This document shows positions 27,588 to 36,446 of a stretch of DNA of 57,446 bases, piece after piece. The stretch is from positions 1-57,446 of the IMG/VR virus record IMGVR_UViG_3300021108_000002. One strand, 5' to 3'. How positions within the stretch are numbered: the stretch's first letter is position 1; every line of letters starts with the position of its first letter. The notes beneath the pieces are model-generated. The model made no database searches, was not told the origin of the DNA, and saw only the letters and a program-made list of their open reading frames with translations. Origin of the DNA: a virus. Taxonomy: Duplodnaviria; Caudoviricetes. Made by a program: the position numbers and the translations under genes.

Positions 27588-28124
27588 ATGACAGATACTC
27601 AATTTATAGAAATGAAGGATGCATATCTAGATGATATCAAAAGTATGCTACTTAAAAATGGAAACTTTTCTGCTACAATTAGTATTATAGGTGAAGAGAA
27701 AAAAGATTTATCTTCTTCTATAGTACATATACCTTTACCAGAACAAATTGTTAACTCAGATGAAGGTAAACAATTGTTTGTAGATAAGATGATACCGGAA
27801 CTATCTAAGAAATTAAAAGATAGATTTAATATTCAAGCCGTAACTTGGGCATCAGAGGCATGGATGCGTGAAGCACATAAGGATGATTATAATCCTGATA
27901 TAGATAACTATAAAGATCTACCTATTAAGAAAGAGATACTAATTATCACTATAGATACAAAGACTAATTTAGAAAGTCATGTATATGAGATAGTAAGAAT
28001 GTCTATAGCACCCAACGGAGACTTAATAGAAAAAGTAGATCTCTTAAAACTACCTGAATTAAGTAAAGCATTTGCTTCAACTGAAGGTAGATTTAGTGGA
28101 TTATATAAAAAATTCACAGATTAA
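27588..28124 (+). CDS. Hypothetical protein
   Basis: 178 aa, SEAWM motif. Confidence 0.65.
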   Translation: MTDTQFIEMKDAYLDDIKSMLLKNGNFSATISIIGEEKKDLSSSIVHIPLPEQIVNSDEGKQLFVDKMIPELSKKLKDRFNIQAVTWASEAWMREAHKDDYNPDIDNYKDLPIKKEILIITIDTKTNLESHVYEIVRMSIAPNGDLIEKVDLLKLPELSKAFASTEGRFSGLYKKFTD

Positions 28125-28151
28125 TTAATTTAATAACGCATAATCAATATT

Positions 28152-28325
28152 ATGATAAAATGGATTCAGAGTTTACTTACTAACTATAAGAAAGTTAAAA
28201 AGTTAGAAAACGAGATAGAAGTCTTGAATGATAGGATTGATGAAAAACAAGACATAATCAACAAGACTAATGCTTATTGGAAGAAAAAGCTCTATCATCA
28301 GAATAAAAAATCTAAAGAAGCCTAA
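28152..28325 (+). CDS. Small coiled-coil protein, 57 aa (not in track)
   Basis: MIKWIQSLLTNYKKVKKLENEIEVLNDRIDEK... Confidence 0.55.
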   Translation: MIKWIQSLLTNYKKVKKLENEIEVLNDRIDEKQDIINKTNAYWKKKLYHQNKKSKEA

Positions 28326-28416
28326 CTTATAGCTCTATTATCCATAGATTCTATATATATCGTTTGCTAGTTGTACTATATTACTTAGTTTTATATCATA
28401 CTAACTACGCATAAAA

Positions 28417-28680
28417 ATGCTTTATCAGCTACCCAATGGAAGGGTAATAGAAATAAGTACAGAGCAATTCTTTCAGATGACGGATGATGAGCTTGAATAT
28501 TTGATAGCTTACAACTTTGGAGACAATGTTGAAGACCCATGGTTTGGGTCAGTTATACATAAAAGTTCAAGACCAAGTGTAGAAGAAGATACTCCAGAAG
28601 TAATTCCAGATCTAACTAATATATCTAAAGAAGAAAAAATCAGCTACACTGATATAGACTATAAACCTGAAGAGGATTAG
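28417..28680 (+). CDS. Acidic hypothetical protein
   Basis: 87 aa, MLYQLPNGRVIEIS. Confidence 0.65.
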   Translation: MLYQLPNGRVIEISTEQFFQMTDDELEYLIAYNFGDNVEDPWFGSVIHKSSRPSVEEDTPEVIPDLTNISKEEKISYTDIDYKPEED

Positions 28681-28707
28681 TTTATACATTTATTACGATT
28701 AAGACAC

Positions 28708-28737
28708 AACCCTTGAGATTATCTCAGGGGTTTTTTT
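28708..28737 (+). terminator. Rho-independent terminator
   Basis: AACCCTTGAGA-TTA-TCTCAGGGGTT followed by T-run. Confidence 0.75.
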
Positions 28738-28760
28738 ATTTATTTTAAAACAACGTTCAC

Positions 28761-29267
28761 ATGAAACACAGTAAAGTAAGAGTTGCCGCTGATATTAACG
28801 GTAACGTAATTGGGGTATCCCAAAACAATCCAGAGTACGGTTATGTACGTGTTGAGCAATCAGTAACACAAATTAGTGAAGCTGGTTGGTTAAAGCCAGT
28901 AAAACGCTCAGCATTAATTAAGGGTAAAGTAGAAGACTTGGCAGAAGCTGGGTTTGTAGAAGGCCATGAGCTTTCAGGTAAGATTATTGTAAGAGAGTCT
29001 TTAACAGCATTTAACCCAGAAAATCCAGATCGTGATCTAAAGATTGCTGGTGCTACAGGTGTTGTATGTACAATTGATGATCAACCTATCTATCGTCAAA
29101 CATTCTATACGTCTAATCAAGAGGCTTATGATGACTTAATAACTCATGATAATACTGTTGAAATACGTGAGGTACAAATTGCACAAAAAGAGATAACTTC
29201 ACTTAAGAGTAACACTCTTAGGGATTTAGGTAGAAAATTAGTAGCAGAACAAGAAGCTACGTTGTAA
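28761..29267 (+). CDS. Hypothetical protein
   Basis: 168 aa ORF. Confidence 0.65.
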   Translation: MKHSKVRVAADINGNVIGVSQNNPEYGYVRVEQSVTQISEAGWLKPVKRSALIKGKVEDLAEAGFVEGHELSGKIIVRESLTAFNPENPDRDLKIAGATGVVCTIDDQPIYRQTFYTSNQEAYDDLITHDNTVEIREVQIAQKEITSLKSNTLRDLGRKLVAEQEATL

Positions 29268-29335
29268 TAATTAACTAGGAGGGCTCAAATATGAGCTCTC
29301 CTATATTTACACATCCATTCAAACCATACTACGTT

Positions 29336-29857
29336 ATGTATAACCCAAACAAAACAATATCCGCTAACTCTAAAGGCATAGTTGTGTCTTTTGGAGATGT
29401 TAACAAGCATAGATTCGTTAAGTATGAGTCTATAGCTGTTAAACAAATTCAGCTTTATGGTACTGTAAAGTATCAAAAGATTGAACAACCAGGATTTAAC
29501 CCTACACAAGAAAAGCTATTTTATGAAGCTATGTATGGTTTAAACTTTTACACTGCAGCAGAGATTAAAGTTATGCCTGTAGAAAAGAAGAGACATGTGA
29601 TTGTATTATACACAAGAGTACAAAAAATGTTAAACATGTGGAAACAAGAAATTATTGGTAAACAAGTAGATCACTTCTTTGCTACACTATTTCCTAATTC
29701 ACCCTTTACTAAATTTCTTTTAGAGAATGAGTTTTATGATAAAAACTTAGAATGCCCATTAAGTCTTAGAGATCTGGGTGTTAGAAGTGAAAAACTTATA
29801 GCTGAGAAACTAGTAGAATCTAGACTATTACCCTATAACTTTTTTAAATTAACTTAA
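29336..29857 (+). CDS. Hypothetical protein (likely start MYNPNK)
   Basis: Upstream ATG at 29291 lies inside a hairpin; AAACCA leader precedes 29336. Confidence 0.6.
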   Translation: MYNPNKTISANSKGIVVSFGDVNKHRFVKYESIAVKQIQLYGTVKYQKIEQPGFNPTQEKLFYEAMYGLNFYTAAEIKVMPVEKKRHVIVLYTRVQKMLNMWKQEIIGKQVDHFFATLFPNSPFTKFLLENEFYDKNLECPLSLRDLGVRSEKLIAEKLVESRLLPYNFFKLT

Positions 29858-29860
29858 ATT

Positions 29861-30097
29861 ATGCAGTATACATTTATTATTAATGGTACAGCACAGCTTG
29901 TGCTTATTCCAGAGAATGAACTAGACCGTTTGCTTTTAGAGCGTACTCTAGACACCGGTTCTACAATTGAAGTATCTAAAATCTCACAACCAATTAGTAT
30001 TTTAGGAAAACCTGTTACAGATAGCTATGTATTAAAACGTAAGATTCATTCAACAGTTACAGCTTTAAATAAAGAAGATGATACAAGCGAAACTTAA
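29861..30097 (+). CDS. Hypothetical protein
   Basis: 78 aa ORF. Confidence 0.6.
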   Translation: MQYTFIINGTAQLVLIPENELDRLLLERTLDTGSTIEVSKISQPISILGKPVTDSYVLKRKIHSTVTALNKEDDTSET

Positions 30098-30461
30098 ACA
30101 GTGTGCTGGTTGTAACCAGATGAAACACATATGGAAGTCTCATGGTAAGGAAAAATATTGTAAAGAATGCTGGTATAGTATTGAGAAGCCAAAGTCTATA
30201 GCTCCCATCTCTAAAAAGATGAAAGAAACTGTAGATCAGTATTCAAAAATACGTACAGCATACCTTACAGTGAATCCTCATTGTAAAGCCAACTTAGTTG
30301 GTTGTGCAGGTGCAGCAACAGAAGTACATCATAAAGCAGGTAGGGGTGAAAACCATTTACGTATTGCTACATGGTTACCTGTATGCAGACCTTGTCACAC
30401 ATGGATAGAGCTTCATCCTAAAGAAGCTAAAGAACTAAATTTATCAGAAACAAGATTATAA
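30078..30461 (+). CDS. HNH / NinG-like nuclease with Zn ribbon
   Basis: CAGC..CKEC, then ATEVHHKAGRG...VCRPCH. Confidence 0.7.
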   Translation: MIQAKLKQCAGCNQMKHIWKSHGKEKYCKECWYSIEKPKSIAPISKKMKETVDQYSKIRTAYLTVNPHCKANLVGCAGAATEVHHKAGRGENHLRIATWLPVCRPCHTWIELHPKEAKELNLSETRL

Positions 30462-30462
30462 T

Positions 30463-30744
30463 ATGGAAAATACTTGGGAAGAAACGAGAAACAAATACAA
30501 GATGGCAGCAGCTCATTTTGCAGACAGATATGGAGAAACTGTATCTGAACACGTTTTAGATGTAATGATATCTACAATGTTAACTAAAGATGGTGTATTA
30601 CAAGGTGGTAGCTTTGTAGATGCAATAGTAACTAATAACTTAAAAGAAGCTATTAGTAGGGCTGATAAAGAATGTCTTGCACATTTAAGAATCATTACAC
30701 TATGTGCTAACTTTTGTAACGTAGAATACGAGATGAATGTCTAA
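30463..30744 (+). CDS. Hypothetical protein
   Basis: 93 aa, GGSFVDAIVTNNLKEAISRAD. Confidence 0.6.
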   Translation: MENTWEETRNKYKMAAAHFADRYGETVSEHVLDVMISTMLTKDGVLQGGSFVDAIVTNNLKEAISRADKECLAHLRIITLCANFCNVEYEMNV

Positions 30745-31852
30745 AAGAGAAGAAATCCAACATGAAGCCTTAGAAATAGCTATTACAAACAAACGTTGTG
30801 GTTTAGCTATTTCTATGGGTGTTGGTAAAACCTTAATTGGTTTGCAGTATATAGATAAACTAAGAGAAACTAATATAAATCTTAGAGTGTTAGTAGTAGC
30901 ACCTAAGCTATCTATATTTGACTCATGGATAGATGATGGGATAAAGTTTGGTATATCAGGAGCTAATATAGATTTTACAAGTTACCTCTCTTTACATAAA
31001 AAGAATCCACATGAGTATGATGTAGTTGTACTAGACGAATGTCATAGCCTACTTAACTCTCATATAGTATTTCTAAAACCTTTTACTGGTAGAATACTGG
31101 GCCTAACCGGTACGCCTCCCAGGCACAGTAATACAGATAAAGGTAAATTAGTAAGTACATACTGTCCTATGTTATACAAGTATATTACTGATGATGCTGT
31201 AAGTGATGATATTCTAAATGATTATAGAATATTAGTACACAAGATGCCTCTTTCTAATATAAATAGTATCCCTGTTAAAATAAAGAGTAATGGCATGGAG
31301 TTTTATACATCAGAACGTAAAAACTATGAGTATTGGACAAAACGTATAGGTCAAGCTCAAAGTAAAAAACAAGAGCAGATTGCTTCTGTAATGAGAATGC
31401 GAGTTCTTATGGACTTTAGAACTAAAGAAACGTATGTAAAAAAGCTACTTAATGATATAGAAGACAAATGTATTGTATTTTGTAATACACAAGACCAATC
31501 TGATAGAATCTGTAAACAATCTTATCATTCTAATAATCCAGAGTCAGAAGAAAATCTACAGAATTTTAAAGATGGAACTATATCTGAGCTATCATGTGTA
31601 CTTCAGCTTAGTGAAGGTATTAATATACCCAATCTTAGAGCTGGTATCATTATGCATGCATATGGTAACGAGCGTAAATCTAGTCAAAGACTAGGACGTC
31701 TACTGAGACTTAATCCTAACGATACAGCTTATGTACATATTCTTTGTTATCAAGATACTGTAGATGAAAGATGGTTAGCAGAGGCTCTTAGAGATTTAGA
31801 TCCTAGAAAAATTAAATATTTTGACGTAAATACATTATCAAATGAATTATAA
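30737..31852 (+). CDS. SF2 DExH helicase
   Basis: MGVGKT, LDECH, LTGTP, EGINIP and QRLGRLLR motifs. Confidence 0.9.
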   Translation: MSKREEIQHEALEIAITNKRCGLAISMGVGKTLIGLQYIDKLRETNINLRVLVVAPKLSIFDSWIDDGIKFGISGANIDFTSYLSLHKKNPHEYDVVVLDECHSLLNSHIVFLKPFTGRILGLTGTPPRHSNTDKGKLVSTYCPMLYKYITDDAVSDDILNDYRILVHKMPLSNINSIPVKIKSNGMEFYTSERKNYEYWTKRIGQAQSKKQEQIASVMRMRVLMDFRTKETYVKKLLNDIEDKCIVFCNTQDQSDRICKQSYHSNNPESEENLQNFKDGTISELSCVLQLSEGINIPNLRAGIIMHAYGNERKSSQRLGRLLRLNPNDTAYVHILCYQDTVDERWLAEALRDLDPRKIKYFDVNTLSNEL

Positions 31853-32240
31853 ACCACTTAATGGGAAGTTTATTAAAAGAAACGGCAGGCTAGAATTTTC
31901 TAGCTTAGCTGTTTCTAAACAACATGAAGTTTTTGTATCAGAAGTACCTGATAACACTATAGTAGAGTTTTTCTTTGAGGTGCAACAAGATGACGGTACA
32001 CTTCCTCAATTGGCTAAACTACATGCAATGATAAGAGAACTTGCACTGCATATAGGTGAGCCATTTGAAGATATGAAGCTATTAGTAAAAGATAAAGCTG
32101 GCTTATGTTTATCTAGAGAAGTTGCTGGTAAAGAATATTTCTTAGCTAAAAGCTTTGGTGAATGTTCTAGAGAAGAATTATCACTTGCTATACAAGCAGC
32201 TATAGATATTGGAATCAGTGTTAGCTGTCCAGTTGCGTAA
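31842..32240 (+). CDS. NinB/Orf-like recombination protein
   Basis: QLAKLHAMIRELALHIGEPFEDMK resembles the NinB family. Confidence 0.55.
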   Translation: MNYKPLNGKFIKRNGRLEFSSLAVSKQHEVFVSEVPDNTIVEFFFEVQQDDGTLPQLAKLHAMIRELALHIGEPFEDMKLLVKDKAGLCLSREVAGKEYFLAKSFGECSREELSLAIQAAIDIGISVSCPVA

Positions 32241-32499
32241 CATCTGCATCATAAGTAAAACCTTGCTCTTCAGCTTTAGTTTCTATTTCATTCATTAAAA
32301 GCATCATAGTAGATAGATGTTCCATCCAATCTAATGTAAGTTCTTCTTTTGCAACAGCTTGTCTCTGAAATTCAGCAAGTTCTTCATCAGTTCTATCACT
32401 TACTAAATACAGCACAACTGCTTGTATTTTCTGCATAAAACCAGAACCAACGGTTATTTGGATTGCAGCATCCTTCTTGATCATCTTAATGTTTGACAT
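32221..32499 (-). CDS. Hypothetical protein, counter-oriented
   Basis: 92 aa filling the gap between NinB-like and UNG genes. Confidence 0.6.
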   Translation of the reverse strand: MSNIKMIKKDAAIQITVGSGFMQKIQAVVLYLVSDRTDEELAEFQRQAVAKEELTLDWMEHLSTMMLLMNEIETKAEEQGFTYDADVTQLDS

Positions 32500-32559
32500 A
32501 TAATTATAGTTTTACTTTACAGATTAATAGCATTTTGCTTTACAAAAATATAAAACTTT

Positions 32560-33276
32560 ATGACACAAACCGTAAACTTAGAAGAAATAAAATGTAAGCT
32601 TATAGAAAAGCTTACTCCTTCAGGCTGGGCAACAAAACTACGTGGATTTATACAATCCAGTGATTTTGATGCCATATTAGAAACACTTTATATAGAAAGA
32701 GAGCAGGGTAGACGATTTACACCTCCATTAAAAGACGTATTTAAAGCATTTGAAGAATGTCCAGAAAAAGACCTTAAGGTTGTAATAATTGGACAAGACC
32801 CATATCCTCACATGAATGTAGCAGATGGTATAGCTTTTAGCTGTAGCCGTACTGGTAAACCACAACCCAGTTTAAAGTTCATATTTCAAGAAATAGAACG
32901 TACTGTATTTCAAGAATGGCCTTCTCATCAAGAACCAGATTTAACCCGTTGGGCTAAACAAGGTGTGCTATTACTTAATACTGCTCTCACTTGTCAAATT
33001 GATAAAGTGGGTAGTCACTATGATATATGGCATGACTTTATTATGTATGTATTAGATATGATAAACCTAACTAACTCAGGTGTCATATTTATTCTATTAG
33101 GAGCTAAGGCTCAAGAACTAGAGTCCGTACTTGGTCAAAATCATTATATTCTTAAAGCATCACATCCTGCATCTGCTGTATACAGTGGAGGCACATGGGA
33201 TTGTAATGATGTCTTTAATAAGACTAATGAGATAATTGTAGCAAACAACGGACCTTTATTTAAAATCAATTGGTAA
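32560..33276 (+). CDS. ung: Uracil-DNA glycosylase (family 1)
   Basis: KVVIIGQDPY, GVLLLNTAL and SHPAS motifs. Confidence 0.92.
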   Translation: MTQTVNLEEIKCKLIEKLTPSGWATKLRGFIQSSDFDAILETLYIEREQGRRFTPPLKDVFKAFEECPEKDLKVVIIGQDPYPHMNVADGIAFSCSRTGKPQPSLKFIFQEIERTVFQEWPSHQEPDLTRWAKQGVLLLNTALTCQIDKVGSHYDIWHDFIMYVLDMINLTNSGVIFILLGAKAQELESVLGQNHYILKASHPASAVYSGGTWDCNDVFNKTNEIIVANNGPLFKINW

Positions 33277-33295
33277 ACTTTTAAAAACAAACAAA

Positions 33296-33649
33296 ATGGC
33301 AGTTAACAAAGTGGAGATCTACGTATCTCAAATTCTAGAAGATTTAGACAATGGTCTAACATGGTTAAAGAGAGATGATTTAGGTTATGGATCTATCCAA
33401 GACAAGTACAATGCAAAAGATCAGCAGATTGTTATGATCAGAAAACACCCTGCTCTTAAAAATGCAGAGACAACAGTGACAGTATTTACTGTTATTGATG
33501 ATACTAAGAAACAAGAAGTAGTTGCATCTGTAGATAACACTCCAGTTAAAGACACTACTCCTTTTATAGAAGCTAAACCTGAAATGCAGACTTTAGTAGC
33601 ACAACCATCTAGCAGTGATGATGAACTATCAGCATTTGCAAACTTATAA
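33296..33649 (+). CDS. Hypothetical protein
   Basis: 117 aa, upstream of AAA+/VWA pair. Confidence 0.6.
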   Translation: MAVNKVEIYVSQILEDLDNGLTWLKRDDLGYGSIQDKYNAKDQQIVMIRKHPALKNAETTVTVFTVIDDTKKQEVVASVDNTPVKDTTPFIEAKPEMQTLVAQPSSSDDELSAFANL

Positions 33650-33683
33650 TCAACCCACAAATACAAATTAAAAAAACACTAAC

Positions 33684-34823
33684 ATGTCTAGAGTAAAATC
33701 TATTACCAAAAGAACTACGCAAGAAGTGCGTCAGATTGAGACCTCTCTAATTAATAAAGAGGAAGTATTTAAAATGCTAGCTTTAGCAGAAGCAACAGGA
33801 CTACCATGTCTATTGATTGGTGCACCAGGCGTAGCAAAAACTAAAACTGTACTTGACTATGCTAAAGCATGGTTGAACAGAGACGGTAAAATGACAGCAA
33901 AAGATTTTGCTGAAAAGATTTATATTTTAGAAACTGATGAGGGTACTAAAGCATCAGAAATTAAGGGTATGCCTGACTTAGGTAAGTTATTTACTGATAA
34001 TGAGTATTCACTTAGTACACCTATTGCTGATGCAGAGATTGTTATCATCAACGAGGTGGATAAAGCTAGCTCAGCTATCCGTAATGCTATGCTTGGTGTA
34101 ATGAATGAGAAGTTCTTATTCAACGGCAAGCATAAAATCCCATGTAAATGGAAGTTATTTGTAGCTACATGTAATGAGATACCTAAAGAAGAAAAAAACT
34201 CTCCTTTCTGGGACCGTTTCATGTTGAAGCATACAGTTAATCGTGTATCTGCAGGTGAGATGATTAAGTATTACAACAAAGGTGGTCGTGAGTACCGTGA
34301 GAAGTTTACAATTGGTATTCCTAACAAAGTTGAGATTAACGAAGTTGAAATTCCAGTGACTAAACTAGAAAAGTATATGGAAGTAGGTTACAACCATAGC
34401 TCTGATAGAACTCTAACCTTTGTACCAACACTTTCTAAAGCAGTATCTTATATATGGGATATTTCAGTAGATAAAGCTCTTGTAAAAACAGCTCAGATCA
34501 TGATTGATCAAACTGCAGGTTCTGAATTACAGAACAAACTAATGTCACCAGAAGTTAAAGCAGTGATGAGTAAGGTGGAGATGTTACATAGCTACCAAAC
34601 CAACGAGCAGCTAGAGCTTGCTATTGCAGAGATTGAGGGTCTTGTTAACACCTATGCTACAAGAGGTATTATGGACTCTGGGCAAGTAAATGAGATTGAG
34701 ATCTCTATGCAGTATATCTTACAGAATCATCCGGCACGTGTAGATGATACAAATACTGAAGACTTAGAAGAAATGATGGCAGAAGTAGAATCTTTGCCGG
34801 CAACTTCTTCAAACCCTTTTTAG
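33684..34823 (+). CDS. MoxR/RavA-like AAA+ ATPase
   Basis: GAPGVAKT Walker A, IINEVDKA Walker B variant, ATCNE, FWDRF. Confidence 0.85.
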   Translation: MSRVKSITKRTTQEVRQIETSLINKEEVFKMLALAEATGLPCLLIGAPGVAKTKTVLDYAKAWLNRDGKMTAKDFAEKIYILETDEGTKASEIKGMPDLGKLFTDNEYSLSTPIADAEIVIINEVDKASSAIRNAMLGVMNEKFLFNGKHKIPCKWKLFVATCNEIPKEEKNSPFWDRFMLKHTVNRVSAGEMIKYYNKGGREYREKFTIGIPNKVEINEVEIPVTKLEKYMEVGYNHSSDRTLTFVPTLSKAVSYIWDISVDKALVKTAQIMIDQTAGSELQNKLMSPEVKAVMSKVEMLHSYQTNEQLELAIAEIEGLVNTYATRGIMDSGQVNEIEISMQYILQNHPARVDDTNTEDLEEMMAEVESLPATSSNPF

Positions 34824-34891
34824 AACAGGGTTATAAGCATATAACAGAAAATTATTACTGGAAAACCGGTGAAATATATTTTCTAAATGAA

Positions 34892-34935
34892 ATTGGTGAG
34901 ATGTATCCTATATTGGGTACATCTCCACCAATATT
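34892..34935 (+). terminator. Hairpin between ATPase and VWA genes
   Basis: ATTGGTGAGATGTATCC-TATATT-GGGTACATCTCCACCAAT. Confidence 0.5.
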
Positions 34936-34958
34936 TATAACCCGTAAACCATAAACAA

Positions 34959-36446
34959 ATGGCTAGTCCTAAACAATACAAGAATGTATATACTATTCTT
35001 GAAAAAGTAAAGAAAGGTGAGATTCAGTCTTACTATAACGATGATGATGATGGTTTGTTTGGTAAAATTAACTTTTATAAAAAGTCTGATTTGATCAAAC
35101 CGTACATGCATTATATAGATGAGCGTAAAGTGGATACAGTTATTGATACATACATTGGTAATGGAGATGTACTTTCAGAAGCATATCATAAGCTTAACAA
35201 AATGGCTCCAGACCAAAGACCTGATATGGCTGCATTTGCACAAAAGGTTAAAGAAACTTATAGAAAGTTTCCTAAACACTTGTCTAAGGATATCCAAAAA
35301 ATGTTCTATCATAAAATGGAAAAGTTGGAGTTTGAAGATCGTACTGATGCTAATCATACTAAGTTCAGATTACTAGAAAAAGCTAATAATCCTGTAGCTA
35401 AAATTATGGCAGAAGGCAGTAATCTTAAATCTACAATATTTGCTAGAAATATCATGGCATACTATGCTATGCAGTCTACTGTTATGGAATACATTGATCC
35501 AGACACCAATGATCAATTTATGAACGGTATGAATGGTGACGGTGATCCTAAAGATTCAGATAATGCTATGAACAAAATGTTTGGGAATAGCTCTTCTAAG
35601 AAGATGTTTGACAAAGCTGTTCAAGATGCAACAGATACATGTAAAAGCATGGATGAGTGTATAGATAAAGACACCCAAGATAAAATGTTTGAAAACATTA
35701 ATAAAGATGGAGGTCAACAAGCTGGTAACATGAGTCCAGATTACATTAGAAAAGTTGCACAAGAGCTATCTAAATTAAAGCTTTCTATGGGTAGTCTTAA
35801 AGAAAAGATTAAGAAGCTTATGGATAAGTCTGCTAGTTATTTCTCTTCAAAGAAGCAGGTAACATATGATGACTTATTTAATTCTGATAATCTTGCTGGC
35901 TTAAATGATTACATAGAGCTACATCCTAAACTACGTAAAGTATTTATAGAGGATATTCTTGTAAAAGATGAGAAGCCAATTGGTAAGCTAGATATTTATA
36001 TAGATATATCAGGTTCAATGTCTGATAACTGTGGAGTAGAAGATGGTAATGGTCAAAGAATAAGTAAACTAGATTTCTGTAAAGCTTTTACAATGAAGCT
36101 TAAAGAAATGGAAATGCTTAATGATGTATATTTATTTAATACATCAGTTACTAAATATAGTAGCGATCCTATATCATTAGCTATGTTAGATACATGTGGG
36201 GGTACTAAAATTGATAACGCTATATTAAGAATTAATAAAGAAGGTGTCAATGCATTAGTAATCACAGATGCTGAAGACAGATGTAGTATATTTTCTGATA
36301 AAGCATTCTTTATAGGTATTAAAGGAGCTCGTTTTAGCCACTTTAATACTGATGTAATAGAAAAATATTCCGAGAATAACCAAGTAGTAGTATTTGATGG
36401 TACTAGAATTTATAATGTAAACCGTAATGGTGACGCTATAAACTAG
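34959..36446 (+). CDS. VWA domain protein (ViaA-like)
   Basis: MIDAS DISGSM, GGTKI and VITDAED. Confidence 0.85.
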   Translation: MASPKQYKNVYTILEKVKKGEIQSYYNDDDDGLFGKINFYKKSDLIKPYMHYIDERKVDTVIDTYIGNGDVLSEAYHKLNKMAPDQRPDMAAFAQKVKETYRKFPKHLSKDIQKMFYHKMEKLEFEDRTDANHTKFRLLEKANNPVAKIMAEGSNLKSTIFARNIMAYYAMQSTVMEYIDPDTNDQFMNGMNGDGDPKDSDNAMNKMFGNSSSKKMFDKAVQDATDTCKSMDECIDKDTQDKMFENINKDGGQQAGNMSPDYIRKVAQELSKLKLSMGSLKEKIKKLMDKSASYFSSKKQVTYDDLFNSDNLAGLNDYIELHPKLRKVFIEDILVKDEKPIGKLDIYIDISGSMSDNCGVEDGNGQRISKLDFCKAFTMKLKEMEMLNDVYLFNTSVTKYSSDPISLAMLDTCGGTKIDNAILRINKEGVNALVITDAEDRCSIFSDKAFFIGIKGARFSHFNTDVIEKYSENNQVVVFDGTRIYNVNRNGDAIN

